Source: a virus (taxonomy: Duplodnaviria > Caudoviricetes). From it: a DNA stretch of 32,381 bases. The notes below the pieces were generated by a model that was not told the origin of the DNA, did not search any database, and worked only from the letters and a program-made list of their open reading frames with translations. The stretch covers positions 1-32,381 of IMG/VR virus record IMGVR_UViG_3300032295_001524. The stretch is one strand, 5' to 3'. Positions 16,540 through 25,030 of this stretch are shown here, piece by piece. The position numbers and the translations under genes are program-made. Within the stretch, counting starts at the first letter, position 1. Each line of letters begins with the position of its first letter.

Positions 16540-16794
16540 GTGCAACGCCACACGAAGATTTATTTCCAGCATTTTGGATATACGCCCGGTGACTTTATCC
16601 CATGTGAGGTATGCGGTGCGGTGGCAAATGATATACACCACATTCAAGCACGGGGCATGGGTGGAAGTAAACACGCTGACCGCATTGAAAACCTGATGGC
16701 ATTGTGCCGCAAACATCACGAAATGTACGGAGATAGGAAGCAATGGAAAGATTGGTTACAAAAGGTGCATGATTTGAAAATTAAACGTGAGTGA
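16540..16794 (+). CDS. HNH endonuclease
   Basis: CEVCG...DIHHI...NLMALCRKHH. Confidence 0.8.
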   Translation: MQRHTKIYFQHFGYTPGDFIPCEVCGAVANDIHHIQARGMGGSKHADRIENLMALCRKHHEMYGDRKQWKDWLQKVHDLKIKRE

Positions 16795-17318
16795 CGAAAT
16801 CCCAAATCATAACAGAGATAGCAACGAGCAAATGGCTGCCGGACTTCTGCCAAAAAGTAGGAAAGCACGTCGCAAGCGATTTACAGCAGCATCTTTTGTT
16901 ATTGCTCTGCGAAATGAGCGAGGAGAAAATCACCAACTTGCACCAGAACGGAACGCTGATATTTTACCTTGTCCGGGTGGGTGTAAATGCAGTAAACGGC
17001 AACCGATACACAAAGTTTTATCGTGACCACCTACGCACCAATGAAACGCTACCCGATGACTACGATGACACCGCTGAGGATTACGATGAAAGCAATTTTA
17101 GGCGGATGCAGGAAGCACGTGAGGCAATCAATTACAAAGAGGTGTCGTTACACTTTAACCGCTCCGAATGGTACGTGGAGAAACTTTGGATGCTATACAA
17201 TGAAAATCGCAGCATGGCCAGCATAGCCAAAGCCACCAAAATAAATTACAGAGAAATCAGTCAAATCATTAATGCCCTGAAAACCCAAATAAAAGAACGT
17301 TACAATGAACTTGGTTAA
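16791..17318 (+). CDS. Sigma-70/ECF-like transcription factor
   Basis: ASDLQQHLLL region-2-like segment and C-terminal HTH SMASIAKATKINYREIS. Confidence 0.6.
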   Translation: MTKSQIITEIATSKWLPDFCQKVGKHVASDLQQHLLLLLCEMSEEKITNLHQNGTLIFYLVRVGVNAVNGNRYTKFYRDHLRTNETLPDDYDDTAEDYDESNFRRMQEAREAINYKEVSLHFNRSEWYVEKLWMLYNENRSMASIAKATKINYREISQIINALKTQIKERYNELG

Positions 17319-17556
17319 TATAATATCCGTTGCCGCATTAGCGGTACTGCTATCCCGGTACTTATTCCCTCCGGTGATTAGCTTTGTGTTGAAAGTCAGC
17401 ACACCGCACAGACCGATTTACAAACCCTGGGAGTGTGGGTTTTGTTTATCGTGGTGGCTCAGCCTTGCCGTATTCATTCCACTTGCCGGGTGGTGGGGAT
17501 TGCCCTTTGCTGCCTTGTCTGCTGTGTGTGGCAGTTTAATTGACCGTTACCTATGA
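17305..17556 (+). CDS. Membrane protein, DUF1360-like
   Basis: KPWECGFCLSWW motif between TM helices. Confidence 0.6.
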   Translation: MNLVNIISVAALAVLLSRYLFPPVISFVLKVSTPHRPIYKPWECGFCLSWWLSLAVFIPLAGWWGLPFAALSAVCGSLIDRYL

Positions 17557-17629
17557 TTGAAATTTTAACATTTTCATTTATTTCGTTTGGCTTTGGTTAT
17601 TTAATTGCATACGTAAGACATACAAAGTG

Positions 17630-17833
17630 ATGACACCCGAACAAAAAGAAATTTGCCTACAACTGAAAGAAACCATTGAGCGTATTAACCGCACGGGAAC
17701 CTATGCCCTTTCGGCTGAATACTACGCAAAGTTAAACGAAGTACACCGCCAGTTATACGGACAGCCATTGCCCGGTTGCCGCAGTTGTATGTTTGATGCT
17801 TTGAAACGATTATACCGAGAAGCCAATGCCTAA
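17630..17833 (+). CDS. Small CxxC protein
   Basis: PGCRSC motif, 67 aa. Confidence 0.6.
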   Translation: MTPEQKEICLQLKETIERINRTGTYALSAEYYAKLNEVHRQLYGQPLPGCRSCMFDALKRLYREANA

Positions 17834-18581
17834 AATTATACATAGCGGAAACGCAGGGGATTTGATTTACTCCTTACCTGCCATGCGGAAAGCTGCCGAG
17901 CTGAAAGGCGAAACCGTTGATTTGTACCTGCATATAAACGTACCGGGTAAATATGGCAATATGTCGCACCCAATGGGCAATGTGCAGATGAACCGCAAGA
18001 TGGCTGAAATGTTGGAACCTTTGTTGTGGGGTTTGGACTTTATCAACGACATCCACATAACTGAAAACGATGAAAAGGTAGATTATAACTTTGACCTATT
18101 CCGTAAATTCCACAATTACACCGGGCATATCTCACAGTGGTACTTCCATATTTACCCGGAACTGACCTGCGATTTATCCGTGCCGATTAACTTTGATTTA
18201 GCACCCAGCCCCGAAGCGTTTGATATTGTTTTAAATCGGACAAGCCGATACCACAACCCGACATTTGATTACAGCATTTTAAAACCATATCAAGACCGCA
18301 TCACTTTTGTAGGGTTGCCGGAGGAATATCGGGTAATCAGTGCAAAGCTGCCCAATATCAAATACTATTCGGTTAATGATTTTTATCATTTAGCACAAGT
18401 AATCGCAGCATCAAAGCTATTCATCGGCAACCAGTCAATGGCCTTTGCAATCGCAGAGCAAATGAAGCACCCACGCATTTTGGAAATATGCCCTACCGCA
18501 CACAACGTCATTCCGACCGGGCAGAACGGATACGGTGCATGGACAATCTTAAACTTATTACAAATACTTAAAAATGGCTGA
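17826..18581 (+). CDS. Glycosyltransferase, GT9/heptosyltransferase-like
   Basis: HSGNAGDLIYSLP N-terminus; LAQVIAASKLFIGNQSMAFAIA resembles the GT9 G.DSG..H.A motif. Confidence 0.65.
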   Translation: MPKIIHSGNAGDLIYSLPAMRKAAELKGETVDLYLHINVPGKYGNMSHPMGNVQMNRKMAEMLEPLLWGLDFINDIHITENDEKVDYNFDLFRKFHNYTGHISQWYFHIYPELTCDLSVPINFDLAPSPEAFDIVLNRTSRYHNPTFDYSILKPYQDRITFVGLPEEYRVISAKLPNIKYYSVNDFYHLAQVIAASKLFIGNQSMAFAIAEQMKHPRILEICPTAHNVIPTGQNGYGAWTILNLLQILKNG

Positions 18582-19170
18582 AACAAGAAAAGCACACCAA
18601 CGCAGATTGGCAGCAGGATTTTATGAAAAATACATCAAAGGGCAAGGCATTGACATCGGCTGCGGCAGAATAGACACGCACGATGGCGTGGACACCATCA
18701 GCTTAACCGATTGCATCCACCACGACAAAGACGACTGCGACGCAACCACAATGGATAAATACGCTGACAATACCTTTGACTACGTTTACGCTTCGCACGT
18801 GCTGGAACACCTTGACGAACCAGTTACTGCAATCCAAAATTGGTATCGCATTTGCAAACCGGGTGGGCATATCATCATGAGCATACCGCATCGTGATTTG
18901 TATGAGCGTAAAAAGACACTGCCGAGCCGTTGGAATTTAGACCACCGATATTTCTATCTGCCTTATTCATGTGAGCCACCACATACTTTTAGTGTTGAGG
19001 GCATCCTATTACAAACAGGCATAAAGGAGTATTGGGATATAGAGGTAATCGACACGGCTACAAACGCAGATAAGCCAGAGGAACACAATAACGGTGAATT
19101 TTCAATCGAAGTAATAATCAAAAAAAATGATTTGGGTAAAACTAACCGAAATAAGACCAAACGCAAATAA
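18574..19170 (+). CDS. Class I SAM-dependent methyltransferase
   Basis: IDIGCG, FDYVYASHVLEH, WYRICKPGG. Confidence 0.85.
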   Translation: MAETRKAHQRRLAAGFYEKYIKGQGIDIGCGRIDTHDGVDTISLTDCIHHDKDDCDATTMDKYADNTFDYVYASHVLEHLDEPVTAIQNWYRICKPGGHIIMSIPHRDLYERKKTLPSRWNLDHRYFYLPYSCEPPHTFSVEGILLQTGIKEYWDIEVIDTATNADKPEEHNNGEFSIEVIIKKNDLGKTNRNKTKRK

Positions 19171-19552
19171 CCCACGCCAAATATCGGCTGATGATTTTGC
19201 ATTGCTTAAAAGGTCGCTGATGCAATTCCCTGAAATGCTAACTGCCCGGCCATTAGTTTGCTATACATCCGACATGGGTGGCTATGTTATTCTCGGTGGC
19301 AATCAAAGATATCGAGCATTGTGCGACATAGGGGCGGTGGAAGTTCCCATCGTGTTGGCTGATGATTGGACACCACAGCAGCGTGATGAGTTCCTGATTA
19401 AAGATAACACCCATTATGGCAAATGGGATATGGACACACTCGCAAACGAATGGGATGCGGAAGAGTTAGCGGAGTGGGGATTGCATCTACCCGAAGCACC
19501 CAAAGAGAAAGAAGAGAAAGACACCTGCCCGACTTGTGGCAAAAGTGTATAA
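19127..19552 (+). CDS. ParB/sulfiredoxin-like protein
   Basis: PNANNPRQI, ILGGNQRYRA, IKDN...G.WD, C-terminal CPTCG. Confidence 0.8.
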   Translation: MIWVKLTEIRPNANNPRQISADDFALLKRSLMQFPEMLTARPLVCYTSDMGGYVILGGNQRYRALCDIGAVEVPIVLADDWTPQQRDEFLIKDNTHYGKWDMDTLANEWDAEELAEWGLHLPEAPKEKEEKDTCPTCGKSV

Positions 19553-19574
19553 AATAGTGAACAAATAGTGAACA

Positions 19575-19934
19575 ATGGCAAACGAACAAAACCTTAAACC
19601 ATTCCCGAAAGGGGTAGTACAAAACCCAAACGGAAGACCGAAAAAGTACGTCACTCTACTCAAAGAGCAGGGGTACAAATTAGCGGAAATAAACGACACT
19701 ATCCAAGCCATGCTGTCAATGGATTTAGACGAGCTGAAAGAAGTATGGCAGAACCCAAAGGCCACCATATTGGAAAAGACAATCGCCAATGCTATGCGGA
19801 AGTCACTTGAAAAAGGCAGCTTGTATTCTATTGAAACGCTTTTATCCCGTGTGTACGGCAAACCAAAGGAAACGGCTGATGTCAACCAGACCGTGACCGG
19901 GGAGATTAAAATCACATTAGATTTAGGGGAATGA
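19575..19934 (+). CDS. Terminase small subunit (probable)
   Basis: NLKPFPKGVVQNPNGRPKK motif, RVYGKP, upstream of TerL. Confidence 0.7.
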   Translation: MANEQNLKPFPKGVVQNPNGRPKKYVTLLKEQGYKLAEINDTIQAMLSMDLDELKEVWQNPKATILEKTIANAMRKSLEKGSLYSIETLLSRVYGKPKETADVNQTVTGEIKITLDLGE

Positions 19935-20065
19935 AAAGAAAATACCACCACCGCTTTCGCATCCAAGCCAAACGCAGACAATTAGAGTTTCAACGGGTGC
20001 TGATACATAACCCATATTTCCGCAATCTGTGGGCGGACATTAAACAAACAATCAAAAACAAATGA
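19931..20065 (+). CDS. Small basic protein
   Basis: 44 aa (MKRKYHHRFR...) with ATGA overlaps at both ends. Confidence 0.5.
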   Translation: MKRKYHHRFRIQAKRRQLEFQRVLIHNPYFRNLWADIKQTIKNK

Positions 20066-21120
20066 AAGTACTCGCATTATGGAATGGCATGGGTGGGGTA
20101 GAATACCACCGCCTTTACGTGCCGCTCAAACGATTGCAGATTGACCACGCTGACGAAATCGAGGTTGAGGTATCGCAGGAGTTCAACAAATCAGGATTAC
20201 CAAATTTAAAGAAATATGACCTTGTACTATTCAACAGATATTTGGGTGCTGACCACTACGAGATATTACACTACTTGGCAAAGCACGGCATCCCGTACAT
20301 TATCGACATCGACGACTTTTGGGAACTGCCGAAGTACCACCCAACGTATAAGTATTTCCGTGAGCATAAATTGAAGCAGGCCATCGTGGATGCTATCCGA
20401 TACGCTGACGGAGTGACCACCACCACACCGCAGCTGGCAGCCGAGATTAAGAAACTCAACCGCAGGGTGGAGATACTGCCCAACGCATTGGACACTACTG
20501 ATGAGCATTGGGTGGCAGCACCGCAACAACGTGATGTGTTTACATTCGGCTGGGTTGGTGGCCTTACTCACAGCAACGATATCATGATCATATCGGATGC
20601 CATTGCCCGGATATGCGATGAATATGGGGACAAGGTGCGATTTGTTATCTGCGGTTGGATGCCTAACAATTACGTATGGGATAGCATCCTATACAAATTC
20701 AATGGCGGTAGTGGTGTGCTTAGACCGCAAGTGGTTGTATCAGCAGCACAAGCCCCGAATGAATATGGCAACTTTTACCGCTTGTTTGATGTGGCGTTAG
20801 CACCGCTGGAAGATACCAAATGGAACAACTGCAAATCCGAACTGAAAATAATTGAAGCGGCAACCTATAAGTTGCCAGTCATTGCCTCAAATGTCAACCC
20901 ATATATTAACCATGCTGAAAATTACGGGGTGCATTTCACGGACAACACCCCCGATGCGTGGTATAAATCAATGAAGCATTTTTTAGACAGTCAGGAAAGT
21001 GCAAAGATTTTGGGAGACAACAATTTCTACTACTGCAAAGAGCATCACGACCTCGATAAAATTAACAACCACAGGTTGGAGTTTTACAAATGCACATCCA
21101 ATATAAGCGACCATTCGTAA
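20062..21120 (+). CDS. GT-B (GT4-like) glycosyltransferase
   Basis: YHRLYVP, DIDD, GWVGG.TH, DVALAPL...NNCKSELKIIE...PVIAS. Confidence 0.85.
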   Translation: MKVLALWNGMGGVEYHRLYVPLKRLQIDHADEIEVEVSQEFNKSGLPNLKKYDLVLFNRYLGADHYEILHYLAKHGIPYIIDIDDFWELPKYHPTYKYFREHKLKQAIVDAIRYADGVTTTTPQLAAEIKKLNRRVEILPNALDTTDEHWVAAPQQRDVFTFGWVGGLTHSNDIMIISDAIARICDEYGDKVRFVICGWMPNNYVWDSILYKFNGGSGVLRPQVVVSAAQAPNEYGNFYRLFDVALAPLEDTKWNNCKSELKIIEAATYKLPVIASNVNPYINHAENYGVHFTDNTPDAWYKSMKHFLDSQESAKILGDNNFYYCKEHHDLDKINNHRLEFYKCTSNISDHS

Positions 21121-22277
21121 CCGATTACCAACGCAGGATATTAGACAGCCATGCAAGGTACACGATTACAGCAGCCGCCACCAAAGTAGGCAAGACGGCA
21201 TCGCATATTATTTGGTTATTTGAGCAGGCATTGACACTCAAAGAAAATCAATCCGTGTGGTGGGTGGCACCCGTGTATCAGCAGGCAGAAATTGCGTTTA
21301 ACCGTATGCGGACACAGGTAACCAACAAGGCATTTTTTAAGGTCAATGAAAGCAAACTGCGACTGACCACACCAACGGGCGGCATTATTCAATTCAAGTC
21401 AGCAGAGAAGCCCGACAACCTTTATGGGGATGATGTCTATGCAGCCGTATTCGATGAGTTTACAAGGGCAAGAGAAGAAGCGTGGTTCGCCCTGCGTTCC
21501 ACCCTCACCAAAACAGAGGGCAAGTGCAAACTAATCGGGAACGTAAAGGGCAAAAAGAACTGGGGATATAAGTTAAGTGAACGGGCAAGGATGGGTGAGC
21601 CAAACTACGAGTTCCACAAAATCACGGCCTATGACGGAGTTAATGCTGGCATCCTAAAAATTGAGGAAGTTGAGCAGGCAAAACGTGACCTGCCACAGCA
21701 TATATTCAGCGAGTTGTACCTTGCCGAGCCAACAGAGGATGGAAGCAACCCATTTGGTTTAAACTTTATCAACCAATGTATCGCACCGCTCTCAAACCGC
21801 CCTGCCGAGTGGTACGGTATTGACCTTGCAAAATACAGCGACTGGACTGTCATCATAGGATTGGATGCCGAGTATAAGGTTTGTCACTTTGACCGCTTCC
21901 AAATGGATTGGGCGCAAACAGAGCAGCGAATTATTCGTACTATTGGCAGCACACCTGCGGCATTGGACAGCACGGGCGTGGGTGACCCAATCGTTGAGAA
22001 AATACAGCGTGTCTGTCCTCGTGCAATCGGTGTGAAATTCACCAGCACCAGCAAGCAACAAATGATGGAACAACTGACGGCAGACGTTCACGCAGGGGCA
22101 ATTAAATTTCCAGAGGGTGTAATTGCAGACGAAATGCGTAACTTTGAATTTGAACACACGCAAACGGGCATGCGGTATTCAGCACCATCAGGACTACATG
22201 ATGACGCTGTTTGTGCATTGGCACTTGCCCGGCATTGCTCAATAAAAAATAAAAAAGGAGTATTTGTAATAATATGA
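21090..22277 (+). CDS. terL: Terminase large subunit
   Basis: Walker A TKVGKT, WWVAP.Y.QA, Walker B VFDE, nuclease GIDLA...HDD. Confidence 0.92.
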   Translation: MHIQYKRPFVTDYQRRILDSHARYTITAAATKVGKTASHIIWLFEQALTLKENQSVWWVAPVYQQAEIAFNRMRTQVTNKAFFKVNESKLRLTTPTGGIIQFKSAEKPDNLYGDDVYAAVFDEFTRAREEAWFALRSTLTKTEGKCKLIGNVKGKKNWGYKLSERARMGEPNYEFHKITAYDGVNAGILKIEEVEQAKRDLPQHIFSELYLAEPTEDGSNPFGLNFINQCIAPLSNRPAEWYGIDLAKYSDWTVIIGLDAEYKVCHFDRFQMDWAQTEQRIIRTIGSTPAALDSTGVGDPIVEKIQRVCPRAIGVKFTSTSKQQMMEQLTADVHAGAIKFPEGVIADEMRNFEFEHTQTGMRYSAPSGLHDDAVCALALARHCSIKNKKGVFVII

Positions 22278-22870
22278 AATTACCAAAATCATGGCAGGAC
22301 ATCAGCATCGGCACTTTTCAGCAGTTGCACAAGTTGACCGAGCCAACATTTGAAAACCAAATCGCCACCCTTGCGGTGCTGACCGACAAAAGTGTGGAGG
22401 ACATCGAGGAATTGTCAATAAGAGAAATAACGGATGCCATTGCAAAATTGTCATGGATGTCGCAGCTACCTACCGCAAAGGATTGTAAAAAGTTTCGGCA
22501 CGGGCTTACCACTTACAAATTTGTGGCATCGCAACACGAATTGGCAGCGCATCAGTTTATCACCGTGCAGGATTTGTTCGGTCAGCAAGATAATTGGGTT
22601 GGCAACCTGCACAAAATCATGGCGGCACTGGCTGTGAAATATAAGTGGTTCCGCAAATCGGAAATCAAGCCCACAGAATTTGACAAGGTGGCTGACCTAT
22701 TCCGTGACCGCATGAGCATTGCCAATGCCTACGGATATGCGCTTTTTTTTTCGGCTTACTTGCCGGAGTTACTCGAAACTACCCGAGTATATTTAGAGCA
22801 GGAAGTGGAGAAGTTGAGGAAGATACACGCAGAAAAGACCGCCCAGCAATCGCATGGCTCAAAACAATAG
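22274..22870 (+). CDS. Tail assembly chaperone (G-like)
   Basis: MKLPKSWQDIS start; contains slippery T9 run at 22743-22751. Confidence 0.65.
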   Translation: MKLPKSWQDISIGTFQQLHKLTEPTFENQIATLAVLTDKSVEDIEELSIREITDAIAKLSWMSQLPTAKDCKKFRHGLTTYKFVASQHELAAHQFITVQDLFGQQDNWVGNLHKIMAALAVKYKWFRKSEIKPTEFDKVADLFRDRMSIANAYGYALFFSAYLPELLETTRVYLEQEVEKLRKIHAEKTAQQSHGSKQ

Positions 22871-23067
22871 ACGGCATGGCAAATGGTGACCGCACCAAAT
22901 GGGATTTCTTTTTAAATATGGGGTTGGTGGAGTTTCTCAATGCGGTATCGTTCCACAATGAAAAACAACGGGCAAAGACCGAGCGTCTTAATGCAGCAGC
23001 ACAAGGGGCAAAATCCGCCAAAGATAGCAGCGTGTACCAAATCGCCTTATTGCAGGAAATGATTTGA
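22741..23067 (+). CDS. -1 frameshift extension of tail chaperone (GT-like)
   Basis: -1 frame is open from the T-run: FFFGLLAGVTRNYPSIF...AWLKTIDGMANGDRTKWD... Confidence 0.65.
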   Translation, partial: AFFFGLLAGVTRNYPSIFRAGSGEVEEDTRRKDRPAIAWLKTIDGMANGDRTKWDFFLNMGLVEFLNAVSFHNEKQRAKTERLNAAAQGAKSAKDSSVYQIALLQEMI

Positions 23068-23096
23068 CCTACTTTTATTAGTGAGGTTGCGGCCTT

Positions 23097-23210
23097 GCCG
23101 GGTTAGTGTATAATAGGTAACATCTCCATTCCGGATAACGGGTTGCTTTGAGCGGCACTATAAGAGCAATTCAAAGATGGTGGACGAGGGTTCGATCCCC
23201 TCACCCGGTG
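23097..23210 (+). ncRNA. tRNA-like RNA with a 47-nt insert replacing the anticodon loop
   Basis: Acceptor GCCGGGT/ACCCGGT, D-arm GTGT-ATAATAGGTA-ACAT, T-arm GAGGG-TTCGATC-CCCTC; no encoded CCA. Confidence 0.7.
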
Positions 23211-23212
23211 CA

Positions 23213-23815
23213 ATGAACATAAGCAAGGCAGATTTAGCCCGTTTGGATGATTTGTTAAAAACAATCGGCATTGACGAAGCCACCGCAGGCATGGGCGGCT
23301 CTGTGCTTGGTGATGCGATGGAAAGGGTTGCACAAGTCATTATTGACAAGCTGAAACAATCAGCAATGGAAAAGGGTGTCAAAGCAACAGGCAATCTTGT
23401 GCAGAGCATTAGGGCTGATTTTCCAAGTGTCACCCCACAGGGTATTACGGTTGCAATCGAAATGGCTGATTACTACCAATGGGTAGAAAGTGGAAGAGGG
23501 CCGACCAAAACAACCACTGCAAGCAAACCGACACTCGTACAAAGTTTAGAACAATGGATTTCTGCAAAGGGCATTCCAGTTCGCAAATCAAAAGGGCAAA
23601 GCGGTCAATCTGTACTTGAACTGCGTAAATCAATGGCTATTGCTATTGCGCGTAAAATTCACAGCAAAGGCACAATCAAAAGGTTTGGTTACAAGGGTTC
23701 TGGATTTATAGCCGATGTACTTACCCAGCAAAACGTGGATGTCATTGCACAGAAACTATCCGACATTACCGGGTTGCGTATTTCAGCATTTGTCACTACC
23801 GAGATAGCCAAATAG
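23213..23815 (+). CDS. HK97 gp10-like tail completion protein
   Basis: ATGNLVQSI, YYQWVESGR, AIARKIHSKG motifs; start 23213 right after the tRNA-like RNA. Confidence 0.7.
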   Translation: MNISKADLARLDDLLKTIGIDEATAGMGGSVLGDAMERVAQVIIDKLKQSAMEKGVKATGNLVQSIRADFPSVTPQGITVAIEMADYYQWVESGRGPTKTTTASKPTLVQSLEQWISAKGIPVRKSKGQSGQSVLELRKSMAIAIARKIHSKGTIKRFGYKGSGFIADVLTQQNVDVIAQKLSDITGLRISAFVTTEIAK

Positions 23816-23830
23816 GTACTTTTATTAGTA

Positions 23831-25030
23831 ATGGCAATCACAATTAATAGGGAACCTGCTGATGTGGCTCCCGTGTATTCCGATATTTCCTATGTGGTAA
23901 CTTCCACCAACTATGCACAGCCGAACTTTAAATTTGTGGCGGTCGTAAAAAACGCATCCAATGTGGTAATCGCAAAACTGAAAGCACCTATCTTTCACGG
24001 CACTACTGACAAAGCGGTATTTAATCTGTCACGAATTTTGCAAAATTATGTGACATACGACTTCACCCAATCGCTCGCATCAATCAGCAAATGCACAAAT
24101 TCATATCTTGCATACAGCGTGGAATTTGGCGAGGAATATGGCGGCACGGAATACCTAACCCTTGCCAGCGATACGGGTAAATATGTTTGGAACGGCCTAT
24201 TCAATTTGTACGGCAGTGAAACCACAGCCACATATCAAATCACCTATCCAAGCACTACACCTAAATTCCTTACACGTGTACGTACAAGGCGTGTAATTTT
24301 AGCACAAACAGATTACCTTTACTTTTTAAGGGGTGCGGTAGGTGCGGCAACCGAAATACAAGTAAAAGCATACAACGGTGCTGGCTCATTGCTTGCCACA
24401 TCACAGATAAAAAACACCTTTACCGATGCCGGTGAAAAATCGGAGTTCTTATTGCGTTGCCCTGCTGGGCCTGATAACCTAAATGACATCACCGCAGGCA
24501 ACCTAACAAGCGGAACGGCAGGCAACGTGATACCAGCATCAACAAGTTATTACACCATGCAGGCGATTGATAGCGGCAGTCAGTTGGGCAGCGAACTTTA
24601 CCGCTTTGACGTGGTGGAAGAGTGCAGCAAATACACCCCGCAGTATTTATACTTTTTAAACCCATTAGGCGGGTTTGAAAGTGTGCGTTGTAGTATGGCA
24701 TCAAAAGACAAGTATAGCATCAGCAGAAAGCAATTCAAGCGGAATAACTACACGCTGTCTGGCAACATATACTCATACGATACCAGTAAGCACGGCATCA
24801 CAAATTATGCGGTTGAAAAAACCCGTGAGGTAACTTTGAACACCAACTGGCTGAATGAAACGGAATTTGAATGGTTGCAGGATTTGATTGCATCGCCTGT
24901 TGTCTTTTTGGGCAACATTCCGGTCAACATAACCGAAACAAGCTACGAAGTTTTTGACGACATCGACGGCCCAAATAATCTTAAAATAACTGTCCAATAT
25001 ACTGAACCCGAAAGGTTGCAAAACGCATGA
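23831..25030 (+). CDS. Tail protein (distal-tail-like)
   Basis: 399 aa; FLNPLGGFE and LNTNWL.E.E..WLQDL..SP.V motifs. Confidence 0.65.
   Translation: MAITINREPADVAPVYSDISYVVTSTNYAQPNFKFVAVVKNASNVVIAKLKAPIFHGTTDKAVFNLSRILQNYVTYDFTQSLASISKCTNSYLAYSVEFGEEYGGTEYLTLASDTGKYVWNGLFNLYGSETTATYQITYPSTTPKFLTRVRTRRVILAQTDYLYFLRGAVGAATEIQVKAYNGAGSLLATSQIKNTFTDAGEKSEFLLRCPAGPDNLNDITAGNLTSGTAGNVIPASTSYYTMQAIDSGSQLGSELYRFDVVEECSKYTPQYLYFLNPLGGFESVRCSMASKDKYSISRKQFKRNNYTLSGNIYSYDTSKHGITNYAVEKTREVTLNTNWLNETEFEWLQDLIASPVVFLGNIPVNITETSYEVFDDIDGPNNLKITVQYTEPERLQNA

Noticed and set aside
16438-16743. N-terminal extension of the 162-aa minus ORF (16255..16743)
   Set aside because: It crosses the promoter region and is antisense to the HNH gene; ATG 16437 is the better start.
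23130-23176. Hammerhead ribozyme, group I intron or tmRNA as the insert
   Set aside because: No CUGANGA/GAAA core, too short for group I, and no tag ORF or G3:U70 alanine identity.
23177-23212. ORF-track start of the gp10-like gene at 23177
   Set aside because: It lies within the T-arm and acceptor of the tRNA-like structure; ATG 23213 is preferred.
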